DNA from: an uncultured virus (IMG/VR IMGVR_UViG_3300017763_003471)
Taxonomy: Duplodnaviria > Heunggongvirae > Uroviricota > Caudoviricetes
Strand: one strand, 5' to 3'
IMG/VR virus record: IMGVR_UViG_3300017763_003471
Span: 62,001 to 126,000 of that record
Length of the DNA stretch: 64,000 bases
How positions within the stretch are numbered: the first letter of the stretch is position 1; each line of letters begins with the position of its first letter. Of this stretch, positions 38,819 through 48,900 are shown one piece after another. The notes beneath the pieces are model-generated. The model was not told where the DNA came from and made no database searches. It saw only the letters and a list, made by a program, of their open reading frames with translations. Position numbers and translations under genes: made by a program.

Positions 38819-39190
38819 TTAGTAATTCAAAAAGATTTTCTCTATATAACCTGCTTGAGTAAAATCTGATATACCCAATGAAGTTCTATCTAAAGATGCT
38901 CTTAAATAAACTAAGTTAGCCACGAATGTGAAGCCTTCAACTCCTGTGAAATTTGTGTAGTCTTTATATGGTAATCCGCTAAAAAGTATGTCAAACCAAT
39001 CATCTTCTGTTGGATTAGTTGCCAATGTTCCTTGTATTTTAACTCTTCCCGATAATGCTTGTCCGTAAATAGCTACTGTATGTATCCCATCTGTATAACC
39101 GTAATAGCTATCACCAGGGACTGCATTTCCAGTAGTATCTAATTCAAGACTACCTGTTTGTGGTAAAAGTGTAACTGTTTTACGTGCCAT
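38819..39190 (-). CDS. Probable structural protein
   Basis: GDSYYGYTDGIHTV, IQGTLATNPTEDDWF; late promoter 39247-54. Confidence 0.6.
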   Translation of the reverse strand: MARKTVTLLPQTGSLELDTTGNAVPGDSYYGYTDGIHTVAIYGQALSGRVKIQGTLATNPTEDDWFDILFSGLPYKDYTNFTGVEGFTFVANLVYLRASLDRTSLGISDFTQAGYIEKIFLNY

Positions 39191-39245
39191 ATATTCTTCA
39201 ACCCTTCGTAATTAACCTGTATAGTTTGTTCAATAATAACTATAC

Positions 39246-39959
39246 TTATTTATCTAAATCACTTAATAGCACGGCTTTTGTTATGGTACCAATACACTCA
39301 CTTGCAACGAAAGTTAGCAAGTCTGCATCGATTTTATCTAGGCAATATATAGCATATAGCTGATATTGGTGATGAATATGTCTTTTCTTTTGATGTGTTC
39401 GTAAATAGACAGGGTCATATCGTTTCATATTAGAGTTGAGTCTATAATTTGTATTATGTGCGTACATTTTATATAAATCATGCCCTGTATGGTCAATGAA
39501 ATCTCTGTTAGGTTTGAATACTATCTTATATTTGTATGTTTTGAACCATAGATTATTTTTTAGTTCTACTCTACGGTCAAAACTATCCAATACTTCTTTG
39601 AGATTTTCAACTAGTGGTTCAGCGTAAGATTTGTGTAAATCTACATATCTATTTCTAGCTTCTTCGTAGTCTGATTTATACTTAAAATAAGCATGTGTAT
39701 GAGCACCATTATTGAATTTTATGTCTTTAAATTTTCTTAAGAAATTATAACAATTAACTCTAACAGATTTTTCTTCATCTGTTGATGGCATGTCAAACCA
39801 CCATTCATTGATTGCGTTTGGATTGCTTTCAAAATGTCTTTTGAAAAACAAACTGTCTTTGTCTGGAAATCCGTAGAGTCTTTTGTATGTTATTTTGTAC
39901 GGGTGTGTTCCATAAAATAATTTAGCTACTTTCTCAGTATACAAACTCAATCCTATCAT
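39246..39959 (-). CDS. Hypothetical protein (start uncertain)
   Basis: 237-aa ORF after clpA. Confidence 0.55.
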   Translation of the reverse strand: MIGLSLYTEKVAKLFYGTHPYKITYKRLYGFPDKDSLFFKRHFESNPNAINEWWFDMPSTDEEKSVRVNCYNFLRKFKDIKFNNGAHTHAYFKYKSDYEEARNRYVDLHKSYAEPLVENLKEVLDSFDRRVELKNNLWFKTYKYKIVFKPNRDFIDHTGHDLYKMYAHNTNYRLNSNMKRYDPVYLRTHQKKRHIHHQYQLYAIYCLDKIDADLLTFVASECIGTITKAVLLSDLDK

Positions 39960-42150
39960 CTACAATTTTGATAGTTACCAGTCCACCATCAACAAGTTTA
40001 CCAAATAATATTTCTTTTGATAACGGCTTTTTAATGTAATCGTTGACTACACGTTGTAAAGGTCTCGCTCCCATATCAGGTTGATATCCTTTATTTCTCA
40101 GCCATGTTTTTGCTTTTGCTGATAATTTAATAGTTACATTTTTATCTGATAACATTTCATTAATTTCTTTGATTGTTTTGGTAACAATCATGTCTATATG
40201 TTCACGTTCTAATGAAACAAATTCAACCATTGCGTCAAGTCTATTTCTAAACTCTGGTGTAAAGAATTTCTTAACTGCTTCGTATGAAGCACCTTCATTT
40301 GAATTCGTGAACCCTATAGCACTCTTAGATTGTTGTGCCGCTCCTAAGTTACTAGTCATTATAAGAATAACATTGCTAAAGTCTGCTGTTTTACCAGTTG
40401 AACTAGTCAAACGACCATCGTCCATAACTTGTAATAAGAGGTTCATTACACTTGGGTGGGCTTTCTCAACTTCGTCTAATAGAACAACACAATTAGGTGT
40501 TTCATCTACATCACTGATTAGTTGTCCAGCACCAGCCCCGCCGTCGGCGTGTCCTACGTACCCTGGAGGGGCACCGATAAGTTTAGATACAGAATGTTGT
40601 TCCATGTATTCTGACATATCGTACTTTCTAAGTTTAACATCAAGATTTTCTGCTAACTGTCTACACAATTCAGTTTTACCTGTTCCTGTTGGACCTACAA
40701 ACAAGAATGAACCAATAGGTTTATTTCTTGCTCTCATACCTGATTTAGATACGAGTATAGATTCAACTAATGAACCAACTGCTTTGTCTTGTCCAAATAG
40801 TTTTGTCTTAATATTTTCTTCTAGTTTTTCATAGTTTGCATTTTGTTTTGCATCTATCATTTCTAAAGGAATTCTTGTAATTTTTGAAATAGCTTGTTCT
40901 ATTTCTGCCTTATTAATTTTGCCCTTGTGCTTGTGTAACTTTGCTCTTGCACCTGCTACATCAAGGACATCAATCGCTCTATCAGGATTGAACTTACCAT
41001 GCATATATCTTTCTGCTAATTCAACTGCTAAGTCTATAGACTCGTTTGTGTATTCAACTTCGTGATATGCTTCGTAATATTGTTTCAAGCCTTTCAAAAT
41101 TAATTTTGTATTTTCTTTGTTTGGTTGTTCAATAACTAGTTTTTGAAAACGTCTTTGTAATGCTCTATCTTTTTCAAAGTTTTCTCTGTATTCTTCACTT
41201 GTTGTTGCACCAATACAATGTAATTTACCACTTGCTAACAGTGGTTTTAATAAGTTTGCAATATCTATGTTAGACCCACCTGCCGAACCTGCACCCATAA
41301 TCATATGAATTTCATCAATGAATAATATTACATTATCTTTACTTGACAGTTGGTCAAATACTGCTTTCGCTCTTTCTTCAAATTCACCACGATACTTTGT
41401 ACCTGCTACAAGCGATGTAACATCTAGTGAATAAACTGTTTTGTCTTTTAATATCTCTGGTACATGACCTTCGCCAATCATCAATGCAAGACCTTCTGCT
41501 ATTGCAGTTTTACCTACTCCAGGTTCACCTACAATAATAGCATTATTCTTTTTACGTCTTGCTAGTACCTCTGTTAATTCAATTAACTCATCTTCCCGTC
41601 CAATAACTGGATCAATTACTCCGTCTAATGCTTGTTGATTTAAATCTAAACAATAGTCTTCAAATCTTACTGGTGCTCCTTGACCCGGAGGACCTGCCAT
41701 GTCTCTACCTTGTTGCGTACCGTAATATTCTTTTCTTAGAATATCGATTGCTTTATCTCTTGTTACACCTGATTGTTTTAGAATGTAATAAGCAGTAGAA
41801 CCATTTTCACTCAATAGAGAAACAAATATATCTCTTACTTGAAGTTTAGAACGACCACTAAAGATTACCTGTGTTACTGCACGATTGAAAACACGGTCTA
41901 ATGATAGAGTTTTTCTAGGTACACTATTATCTTCACCTTTTGTAATATCATCACGTTCATTTAGATACTTTTCTAGTTCTTCTAAAATAAATCTAACGTC
42001 ACATTTCATTTTCGTAAGCATGTCGCTAACATCTTGTTCTTCTATAATTGAATATAAAAGATGTTCTAGTGTCACATATTCATGTGCTAAAGAATTTGCA
42101 TGTTGTACGGCACGTTCAATCGAAACATTTACTCTATCTGCTTTACTCAT
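39934..42150 (-). CDS. clpA: ATP-dependent Clp protease ATPase subunit ClpA
   Basis: HEYVTLEHLL N-domain; GEPGVGKT and GPTGTGKT Walker A; IGF loop (SAIGF); MGARPL. Confidence 0.92.
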   Translation of the reverse strand: MSKADRVNVSIERAVQHANSLAHEYVTLEHLLYSIIEEQDVSDMLTKMKCDVRFILEELEKYLNERDDITKGEDNSVPRKTLSLDRVFNRAVTQVIFSGRSKLQVRDIFVSLLSENGSTAYYILKQSGVTRDKAIDILRKEYYGTQQGRDMAGPPGQGAPVRFEDYCLDLNQQALDGVIDPVIGREDELIELTEVLARRKKNNAIIVGEPGVGKTAIAEGLALMIGEGHVPEILKDKTVYSLDVTSLVAGTKYRGEFEERAKAVFDQLSSKDNVILFIDEIHMIMGAGSAGGSNIDIANLLKPLLASGKLHCIGATTSEEYRENFEKDRALQRRFQKLVIEQPNKENTKLILKGLKQYYEAYHEVEYTNESIDLAVELAERYMHGKFNPDRAIDVLDVAGARAKLHKHKGKINKAEIEQAISKITRIPLEMIDAKQNANYEKLEENIKTKLFGQDKAVGSLVESILVSKSGMRARNKPIGSFLFVGPTGTGKTELCRQLAENLDVKLRKYDMSEYMEQHSVSKLIGAPPGYVGHADGGAGAGQLISDVDETPNCVVLLDEVEKAHPSVMNLLLQVMDDGRLTSSTGKTADFSNVILIMTSNLGAAQQSKSAIGFTNSNEGASYEAVKKFFTPEFRNRLDAMVEFVSLEREHIDMIVTKTIKEINEMLSDKNVTIKLSAKAKTWLRNKGYQPDMGARPLQRVVNDYIKKPLSKEILFGKLVDGGLVTIKIVDDRIEFVY

Positions 42151-42529
42151 TGTCTTCCTTGAATTTTATTTTAAGTGACAAGTCACCTAGTATTTTTTTA
42201 ACAACAATAGTATCATTAATTCTAGTCTCATAAGGAACCATTACATCGAAAGGAACATCCTGACACATGAATGTTTGTCTAGTGCCTAAGATTAAAGATA
42301 AGTCTTGCTTTGTTATAGGGACTGTTATGCTGAGTGTCCTTACAACACCATTATCGGGTTTTTTATCTTTTAACTGTATATAAGCAAGTCGTACCTTATC
42401 AAATGTTTCTCTGTCACCGTCACCAGTGTCAGGATGATGCTTCTTCATAAGCCTTTTGTAAGACTGTCTGATATCATCTGTTGTAGAATATTTATCGATT
42501 TTTAAAACTGAGTATGGATTGTCTGTCAT
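42143..42529 (-). CDS. DnaJ-domain protein
   Basis: NPYSVL...YKRLMKKHHPD. Confidence 0.8.
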   Translation of the reverse strand: MTDNPYSVLKIDKYSTTDDIRQSYKRLMKKHHPDTGDGDRETFDKVRLAYIQLKDKKPDNGVVRTLSITVPITKQDLSLILGTRQTFMCQDVPFDVMVPYETRINDTIVVKKILGDLSLKIKFKEDNE

Positions 42530-42984
42530 TTGAGAAAATTAGAAAGAAAGCCATCTTCCTTATCGACTTCAATTTCTACTTCGCTTTGTGAATTGATTTC
42601 TTCAAGGGTCTTATCTGCTTCTTCGTAATATTCTCTATACGCAACTATGACTGATTGTTGTTGGTCTAATAATTCTAAAATGTCTGCTATGTTGAATGAT
42701 AACTTTTCATAGTCTTCTGCATCTAACCCAAAAATAACAATGGCTTTACCGTCTTTTTCTAACTTAGCGAATTCTTCTTCAACGTTTTCTCTTGTCATTA
42801 CAATAAAGTCAACGTTACGCATATTCAATGTTTTTGTTTCAGGCAAAATTAACTCAGGCCGCTCAACTGGTTTGGGCGTATATGTTACTGATTTTGGAAC
42901 TGACCCGCAACTAGTTAATAGGAACGTAGTTAGGGTTAGCAATATCAGGACATGTGGTATTTGCTTTACTTTTCTTAGTAACAT
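42526..42984 (-). CDS. Probable o-spanin lipoprotein
   Basis: Lipobox LLTSC, Pro-rich linker; overlaps end of i-spanin in another frame. Confidence 0.7.
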   Translation of the reverse strand: MLLRKVKQIPHVLILLTLTTFLLTSCGSVPKSVTYTPKPVERPELILPETKTLNMRNVDFIVMTRENVEEEFAKLEKDGKAIVIFGLDAEDYEKLSFNIADILELLDQQQSVIVAYREYYEEADKTLEEINSQSEVEIEVDKEDGFLSNFLK

Positions 42985-43387
42985 TTATTTCTTCCTCGGT
43001 TAGTGGTGAACCACTTACTATTTCTAAACATCTTAACATATCTTTAGTACCTTTGTCAACTATTTTATCGATTAATCCTGGTTTTTGTTCAGCCAAGTAA
43101 GGTAAATCATGTTCTTTTAGTTTATTTTCTAAGCCTTTTACACGACCATTAGCCGCCGCAAATTGCTCAGTAACCTTAGTAAATTTTTCTTGTACTAACT
43201 CTAGGTCTTTCATTGTTTTCTCTAAAGCGGCTTGTGTCTCTTGTTGAGCCATTTCTGCTCTAGCGGCATTTTCGGCATATATTCTTATTTGATTCTGTGT
43301 ATATTCATAATACTTAAATAATCCAAATCCAACCGCGGCTAGAATACCTGCGATTATTAGATATTTTTTGATTCTATAAAAAAACAT
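42911..43387 (-). CDS. Probable i-spanin
   Basis: N-terminal TM, long coiled coil, C-terminal Cys residues. Confidence 0.7.
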   Translation of the reverse strand: MFFYRIKKYLIIAGILAAVGFGLFKYYEYTQNQIRIYAENAARAEMAQQETQAALEKTMKDLELVQEKFTKVTEQFAAANGRVKGLENKLKEHDLPYLAEQKPGLIDKIVDKGTKDMLRCLEIVSGSPLTEEEINVTKKSKANTTCPDIANPNYVPIN

Positions 43388-43388
43388 A

Positions 43389-43604
43389 TTATTTGTACCT
43401 AAAAGTTATGCGACCCTTTGTTATATCATAAGGAGTCACTTCAATTTTAACTCTATCATGCAGAATAACCTTAATGTTATTCTTTCTCATTTTTCCAGAT
43501 AACATACCATCAATTATATGACCGTTATCTAATTTGACCTTGAAACATCCGGGAGTGATATCTACTACATCACCTTCAAATTCCATAGCGGGTTCTCTGG
43601 CCAT
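43389..43604 (-). CDS. infA: Translation initiation factor IF-1
   Basis: EFEGDV, FKVKLDNGH, SGKMRKNNIKV, PYDITKGRITFR. Confidence 0.92.
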   Translation of the reverse strand: MAREPAMEFEGDVVDITPGCFKVKLDNGHIIDGMLSGKMRKNNIKVILHDRVKIEVTPYDITKGRITFRYK

Positions 43605-44011
43605 TAATTCTTTTTTAGATACCCTTCAATTTCATCTGCTTTTATTGATACTGTTTTGCCACCATAAAATTCTAGTGACCAATCATCACAACTGCAAATA
43701 CGAGCAACATCATCTAATAGTTCTAAAGTAGTTTTCATTATGTTTTCATTCTTCATTTCAACAAATACTAAGTAGTGACCATCATCGTCTGCATTCGGAG
43801 ATACTTCGGTATCTAAAATATCAACAACACCTTTTTCCATAAATGTTGCTAGGTCTTGAGCAGGTTTATCATCTTTTACATAGAATGCTACAACAATAAC
43901 ATCTTCTTCGTTTCCTGTTTTAGGTTCGAACTCAGCTATTGAAATTCTATTTGATACTAGACCTTTCAAATCGTTATGTCCTACGCCTTCTATAATTTGC
44001 TCAAACTTCAT
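43604..44011 (-). CDS. Phage hypothetical protein
   Basis: 135-aa ORF, MKFEQIIEG start. Confidence 0.6.
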   Translation of the reverse strand: MKFEQIIEGVGHNDLKGLVSNRISIAEFEPKTGNEEDVIVVAFYVKDDKPAQDLATFMEKGVVDILDTEVSPNADDDGHYLVFVEMKNENIMKTTLELLDDVARICSCDDWSLEFYGGKTVSIKADEIEGYLKKN

Positions 44012-44013
44012 AA

Positions 44014-44544
44014 TTAAATATCCTGTTGCTGATTGGTAGCATCATCAAGTCCTTGTACTTCTGCATTACCTAATGCTTCTGTATCTACTTTGATGTCACC
44101 AACTGCCATTTCTTCGTCTGTAAACTCATCTACAAACTTACGTGGCATTAAAATATCAATTAACCAAACTGTGTCAGATTTCAGTTTTGGTTTACCATTG
44201 CCATCTAAATCTTCTGGCGATTTTGGAGTAATTGGTGTCTTTAGTACTGCTTGTTCATATTTGACTTCACAGCCTAATTTAGTTAATCTTAATCCTGCTC
44301 TTGGGTCAGGCATATCATCATATTGATACATTACTTTAACGTGTAACCAATAACGTGATAGCTTTGGTCCCATAGCGATTTCACCTTTAGACCAATTCTT
44401 ATAAGCATACATGCCAACTTCGTCCAATACTTTTTCAAATTCAAGTAGAACGTCTAACAATGTGCCATTTTTGTCGACATTTCTTATATTGTCAATAATA
44501 TCATTTGAGTTTACATCTGACATGCTTTTCTCCATAATCTTCAT
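44014..44544 (-). CDS. Phage hypothetical protein
   Basis: 176 aa; late promoter 44552-59. Confidence 0.6.
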   Translation of the reverse strand: MKIMEKSMSDVNSNDIIDNIRNVDKNGTLLDVLLEFEKVLDEVGMYAYKNWSKGEIAMGPKLSRYWLHVKVMYQYDDMPDPRAGLRLTKLGCEVKYEQAVLKTPITPKSPEDLDGNGKPKLKSDTVWLIDILMPRKFVDEFTDEEMAVGDIKVDTEALGNAEVQGLDDATNQQQDI

Positions 44545-44686
44545 ACATATCTATTTATCTTTTTTGTAACAAAGAAAATTTATTTTCTTATTTTAGCAGT
44601 ATTGCTAGTTATTTGCAACCTAAAAAAGATAAGTAATATTGAGTGTAATGCTCATTCTGAAAATCCCTCTTTAAGGAGGAAAACAC

Positions 44687-45427
44687 ATGGCACGAAAAAA
44701 ACGTGTTGAAAAACATAACAACAAAGCACAGAGCCGTAGCAACGATTACGGTGTAATCCCGCTACATAAAAAAACAATTCCAACTATTTTACCCAGAAAC
44801 GTATCACAAGAAGACTATCTATATCAGTTAGCTAATCCAGATAATAATATTGTATTTGCGATTGGTCCTGCTGGTACAGGTAAAACACTCCTGTGTACGC
44901 AAATGGGAATAAAAGCATTCATGGAAAGAGAGGTGAAAAAAATAGTTATAACTCGTCCTGCAGTATCAGTTGACGAGCAACATGGGTTCTTACCCGGTGA
45001 TTTAAACGAAAAGATGTCACCATGGACTAGGCCTATATTTGATATATTTGAGAAGCATTTTACGATGCAACAAATCGAAATGATGCTCACAGAAAATTTG
45101 ATTGAGATAGCCCCATTAGCATATATGCGTGGTCGTACATTTGAAAACTCGTGGATCATTGCAGACGAAATGCAAAACGCAACGAAATCTCAAATGAAGA
45201 TGTTACTAACCCGAATAGGTGTTAATACAAAGATGATAGTAACCGGCGACCTAAAGCAACATGACAGAGGATTTTCAGAAAACGGTCTTTCAGATTTTGT
45301 AGAACTTGTGAACAATTATGAAAAAGCAAAATTAAATCATATTAGTATTAGTAGATTTGATTTAATGGATGTGGAGAGGCATCCTGCAGTTACAGAAGTT
45401 CTAAAAATTTACGGAGAAGACGATTAA
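44687..45427 (+). CDS. phoH: PhoH-family ATPase
   Basis: GPAGTGKT, ITRPAV, GFLPG, PLAYMRGRTF, DEMQN, GDLKQHD, RHP. Confidence 0.95.
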   Translation: MARKKRVEKHNNKAQSRSNDYGVIPLHKKTIPTILPRNVSQEDYLYQLANPDNNIVFAIGPAGTGKTLLCTQMGIKAFMEREVKKIVITRPAVSVDEQHGFLPGDLNEKMSPWTRPIFDIFEKHFTMQQIEMMLTENLIEIAPLAYMRGRTFENSWIIADEMQNATKSQMKMLLTRIGVNTKMIVTGDLKQHDRGFSENGLSDFVELVNNYEKAKLNHISISRFDLMDVERHPAVTEVLKIYGEDD

Positions 45428-45433
45428 AAGTGG

Positions 45434-45453
45434 TGAGGGAGTTCGCTCCCTCA
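45434..45453. terminator. Bidirectional terminator hairpin between convergent genes
   Basis: TGAGGGAG-TTCG-CTCCCTCA. Confidence 0.75.
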
Positions 45454-46029
45454 TTATTTTACAATAATATCTACAATCTCAGCCCAAGTATCAACAACTG
45501 GAATCATACCATCACTTGTCATTTCTGAATTGTGTTGGTGACTAATAAGAATTGGTTGTAATCCATATTTTAGTCCACAAAGTGCATTCTCAGTTTTATC
45601 TTCTATCCAGTAATAACCGGTATCAGTGTAAGGCTCAAGTCCTTCGTCTTTATCTGCACCAGTATCTAAACATACTAGTTTAGTAAACGCACCTTTTCCA
45701 AATACATTATCTAAATTCTGTTGTCTTAATGCTTTTGTGTTTTCATCTAAACTCAATGAAGTTACACAATGAAATTCGTATCCTGCTTCTACAAGTTTAG
45801 CAACACCACTTCTTGCATCACGTAGAACAGGCAGAGTAGCCATCCATGAACTATTATTAAATTCTTTAATCAGCTTTTTTACTTCTTTCTTTTTCATAGC
45901 AAATACATCTGCCATGTCGTAAACACCTACATTATGTGCATCATATCCTCTTGATTTCATCCACTCATAGAAAGAGTTTTCCCAATCGAGGAGGACTCCG
46001 TCACAGTCTGTCACAATAATTTTATTCAT
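45454..46029 (-). CDS. HAD-superfamily 5'-nucleotidase-like protein
   Basis: TDCDGVLLDW, VTSL, WIED. Confidence 0.75.
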   Translation of the reverse strand: MNKIIVTDCDGVLLDWENSFYEWMKSRGYDAHNVGVYDMADVFAMKKKEVKKLIKEFNNSSWMATLPVLRDARSGVAKLVEAGYEFHCVTSLSLDENTKALRQQNLDNVFGKGAFTKLVCLDTGADKDEGLEPYTDTGYYWIEDKTENALCGLKYGLQPILISHQHNSEMTSDGMIPVVDTWAEIVDIIVK

Positions 46030-46061
46030 GTTTGATTACTTTTCTTTCTGATTACTTAAAC

Positions 46062-46091
46062 AGTATAGCACTGCTTATATGATTTGTCAAG
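46062..46091 (-). promoter_or_regulatory. Sigma70-type promoter (no GANTC)
   Basis: TTGACA-N17-TATACT with extended TG and the shared TAAGTAATCA leader. Confidence 0.65.
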
Positions 46092-46096
46092 TAAAA

Positions 46097-47449
46097 TCAC
46101 ACTTTTTCTCTAGTTACAAGGCGCCACATTTCAGGCAATGCAGTCTTAATGTCTTTGCCTCTTCGTTTGTCTAACAATACAGAATACTTATGAAAGTCAA
46201 GTATATCTTTTTTGCTTGGCTCTTGCTCTATTAATGATTTACCTTTACGTACAACTTCTTTTAACATACGTATTGCACTCATGTTCCAATGATTACCTTG
46301 TTCATAGTGCTTATCTTTTATATCATTCAACCATATCTCAATTCGTCTAAACAAATCTTTATCTCCTTCACCATTATTATGATGAGGAAAAAGTTTTGGT
46401 TGAAGATAACTAGGGTCTAATACATTATTAAGATAAATGTTTATACCAGTTCCCTTGTCGATTAATAATGCCTTTTGAATATTCTCTCCTCTTATTTCTA
46501 GGCATAAGTCAATCCACCACTGAAACATTTCTGGAATGTGATTGGCGTTATACACACTCAGAGTAGGTTCCCATTTTACTTGGATACCTTCATGCTCCAT
46601 TGACAGTTCCATCCACCTTCTGGCGGTTGCGTTTACAGTTTCCCAAGAACTTAAATGTCTCGTATAGTCATTTACTTCCTCGGTTCCGTCAATACTTAAT
46701 GAAATTCTTACTCTTTTAAATTGTGATAGTCTACTAATGATTTTATCTTTAGGTATCCAACTTGCATTTGTAAAAATTTGTAACTCTATATTTTTTGAAT
46801 AGCCTGTTTCAATAATAAAGTCTACGATGCTTAAAAACTTTGGGTGTAGCATTGGTTCACCACCAACAAACTTTATTCTATTAACATGTTCATAATCTGC
46901 TTTGTCATATTCTATTTCTAATTTTGTATCAGATTTAAATACACCCCTATCGAAACCTTTTTCTTGTTTTAACCATCTATCATCTTCTTCCCATTTCGTA
47001 CTCAACGATGAATTACATATATTACATGCCAAATTACAATAGTTACCTAAATTCATTTCAAGATATGTTAATTTAGTTGATTGTACGTATTTTAATACAT
47101 CTGCCCAATCTCCTTGACTATCATGTGTTAATCCTGCTTCAACTTTCTGGTCAAGCATTACTTCATTTGCTTGATTACGTAATGAGTATATACCCTTTTC
47201 TTCTTCCTCATAACATTTCCAACAACCAGGATCCTTTATACCAGCTAATGAGTTTTTTCTTAATGTCTCCCATTTATCTGAAAGTAAAGTTTCTTTAAAA
47301 GTTCTTACAGATTCATATGGGTGAGCAAAACTTTTTGTTTCTGAGCCAGGTTTAGTACTATACCTACAACAAGGAGTTGCTAGTCTACCATTCCAAAGTG
47401 CAATGTGATTGAAGAAATATTTGCAATAAGTTTTAGTTGAATCTGCCAT
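46097..47449 (-). CDS. Radical SAM protein with N-terminal SPASM/twitch-like Cys cluster
   Basis: YC...PCC...GCWKC; NYCNLACNIC; GGEP; TN; ISIDG. Confidence 0.85.
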   Translation of the reverse strand: MADSTKTYCKYFFNHIALWNGRLATPCCRYSTKPGSETKSFAHPYESVRTFKETLLSDKWETLRKNSLAGIKDPGCWKCYEEEEKGIYSLRNQANEVMLDQKVEAGLTHDSQGDWADVLKYVQSTKLTYLEMNLGNYCNLACNICNSSLSTKWEEDDRWLKQEKGFDRGVFKSDTKLEIEYDKADYEHVNRIKFVGGEPMLHPKFLSIVDFIIETGYSKNIELQIFTNASWIPKDKIISRLSQFKRVRISLSIDGTEEVNDYTRHLSSWETVNATARRWMELSMEHEGIQVKWEPTLSVYNANHIPEMFQWWIDLCLEIRGENIQKALLIDKGTGINIYLNNVLDPSYLQPKLFPHHNNGEGDKDLFRRIEIWLNDIKDKHYEQGNHWNMSAIRMLKEVVRKGKSLIEQEPSKKDILDFHKYSVLLDKRRGKDIKTALPEMWRLVTREKV

Positions 47450-47685
47450 TACTTTTTCTTCTTTAATATTACTCTGAATGCACCTGTGTTTCTATCTAAT
47501 CTTCTAGTTTCTCTCACGTAAGGATCCGCTTCACACCATTTTTCAAACTCTTTTGACATTTCTCCATGTCCGACAATAACGATGATTTGTTTATGACCAT
47601 ATAAATATGCCTCTTGTGTTGACTTACGAAAACGTTTCCAACCTTCATGAACAAAAAGTCCGTGTAAATCTACTTTATTATGCAT
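47449..47685 (-). CDS. Stand-alone Smr-domain protein
   Basis: VDLHG, VIVGHG, NTGAFRV. Confidence 0.75.
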   Translation of the reverse strand: MHNKVDLHGLFVHEGWKRFRKSTQEAYLYGHKQIIVIVGHGEMSKEFEKWCEADPYVRETRRLDRNTGAFRVILKKKK

Positions 47686-48118
47686 GAAGATTCTTATCCC
47701 ACATAAACTTGGCAGACATCATATTTAGTCTGCTACTATCTGGTGATAAGATAACATACGGTAATCTTTCGTTAACAAAGAATATCTTTTTACGATTTAA
47801 TTGAAAACTTTTTCCCTCTACTCTTATTTCTGCTGAACCTGATGTAACTAGAAAGAACAAACCTGTTGGATTTGTGTAATCTACATTCATCTTAGATTCA
47901 GTTTGAAAAGGTTCTGGGAAAGTATCTGCATTAATATCAGATATATCGGTCTTTAGTATTTGGTTGAGGTGGTCTACAATCGTCTTTGCTTCGCTTGTAT
48001 CACCTGAAACAACCATTTGATTAATTTTGAGAGCAATAGCATCTGATATGGTGCCCATAATTTGTGTTGTAGGCATCTTATGTTCTGCATTAAACTTATC
48101 TCTTATTATTTTACTCAT
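47678..48118 (-). CDS. Hypothetical protein (cupin-like C-terminus)
   Basis: 146-aa ORF; FFLVTSGSAEIRVEGK. Confidence 0.55.
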   Translation of the reverse strand: MSKIIRDKFNAEHKMPTTQIMGTISDAIALKINQMVVSGDTSEAKTIVDHLNQILKTDISDINADTFPEPFQTESKMNVDYTNPTGLFFLVTSGSAEIRVEGKSFQLNRKKIFFVNERLPYVILSPDSSRLNMMSAKFMWDKNLHA

Positions 48119-48558
48119 TTTATATTAATCTGTTCTTTATAAAACTTGTTGTATTCTCTTTTTTTAAAATTTACTTGGTTAGTCATTAAATATGCACAAA
48201 GGTCTGTGACTTTTTCTTCAATCATATCAGGATGAATACAAATATAGTTGCCTTCTAGTTTAGTTAAAAACTTATATATTTCATCATTGATATCTTGTGT
48301 GTTATATCTCCAGTTTCTCCTGCTCCATATCTTCATTTCCTTAGGAGATTCTGCATTATACTTACCTTTGTTAGTACCATTCTGTAAACAATCATATGGC
48401 TTAGTTAAGCAAACTATATTGTAATCACCTGAGTTTAATTTGTCGAATTGAAAGAACCCGTCTTTGTCCCAATCAAATGTTTTGTATTCGTACGGTAACA
48501 TATTACCGATGAAGTCTTGAATGCCGTCTTCATAGTCATATATATGTATAATAGCCAT
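48115..48558 (-). CDS. Hypothetical protein
   Basis: 147-aa coupled ORF. Confidence 0.55.
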   Translation of the reverse strand: MAIIHIYDYEDGIQDFIGNMLPYEYKTFDWDKDGFFQFDKLNSGDYNIVCLTKPYDCLQNGTNKGKYNAESPKEMKIWSRRNWRYNTQDINDEIYKFLTKLEGNYICIHPDMIEEKVTDLCAYLMTNQVNFKKREYNKFYKEQINIK

Positions 48559-48561
48559 GTA

Positions 48562-48900
48562 TTACTCTGTAGGTTGTTCCTCTGATGCTCCCTTATTAAT
48601 TAATCCACCCTCTTTGCACTCTTTTACAAACGCATTGAAGTGTTGTGGGTACTTAATCATAACATGTTGAACTATCTTATTATAGTCTTTTGTTTCAGCG
48701 GAGTTCTTTTCAATCTTAGCATCTGTAAGATTGATAATTGTTGTGGAATGATCCCAATAACGTTTACGTAATCTTGTAACGAAATAGCAATCTTCCATCA
48801 TTGTCCATTTTCCCTTTTTACCAAAATCTTTCATGGAGGTATTCTCTCCATCAGCGGGTCTAAACGTGTGGGCTAAAACTATATATGCTTTCTTTGCCAT
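48562..48900 (-). CDS. Hypothetical protein
   Basis: 112-aa coupled ORF. Confidence 0.6.
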   Translation of the reverse strand: MAKKAYIVLAHTFRPADGENTSMKDFGKKGKWTMMEDCYFVTRLRKRYWDHSTTIINLTDAKIEKNSAETKDYNKIVQHVMIKYPQHFNAFVKECKEGGLINKGASEEQPTE

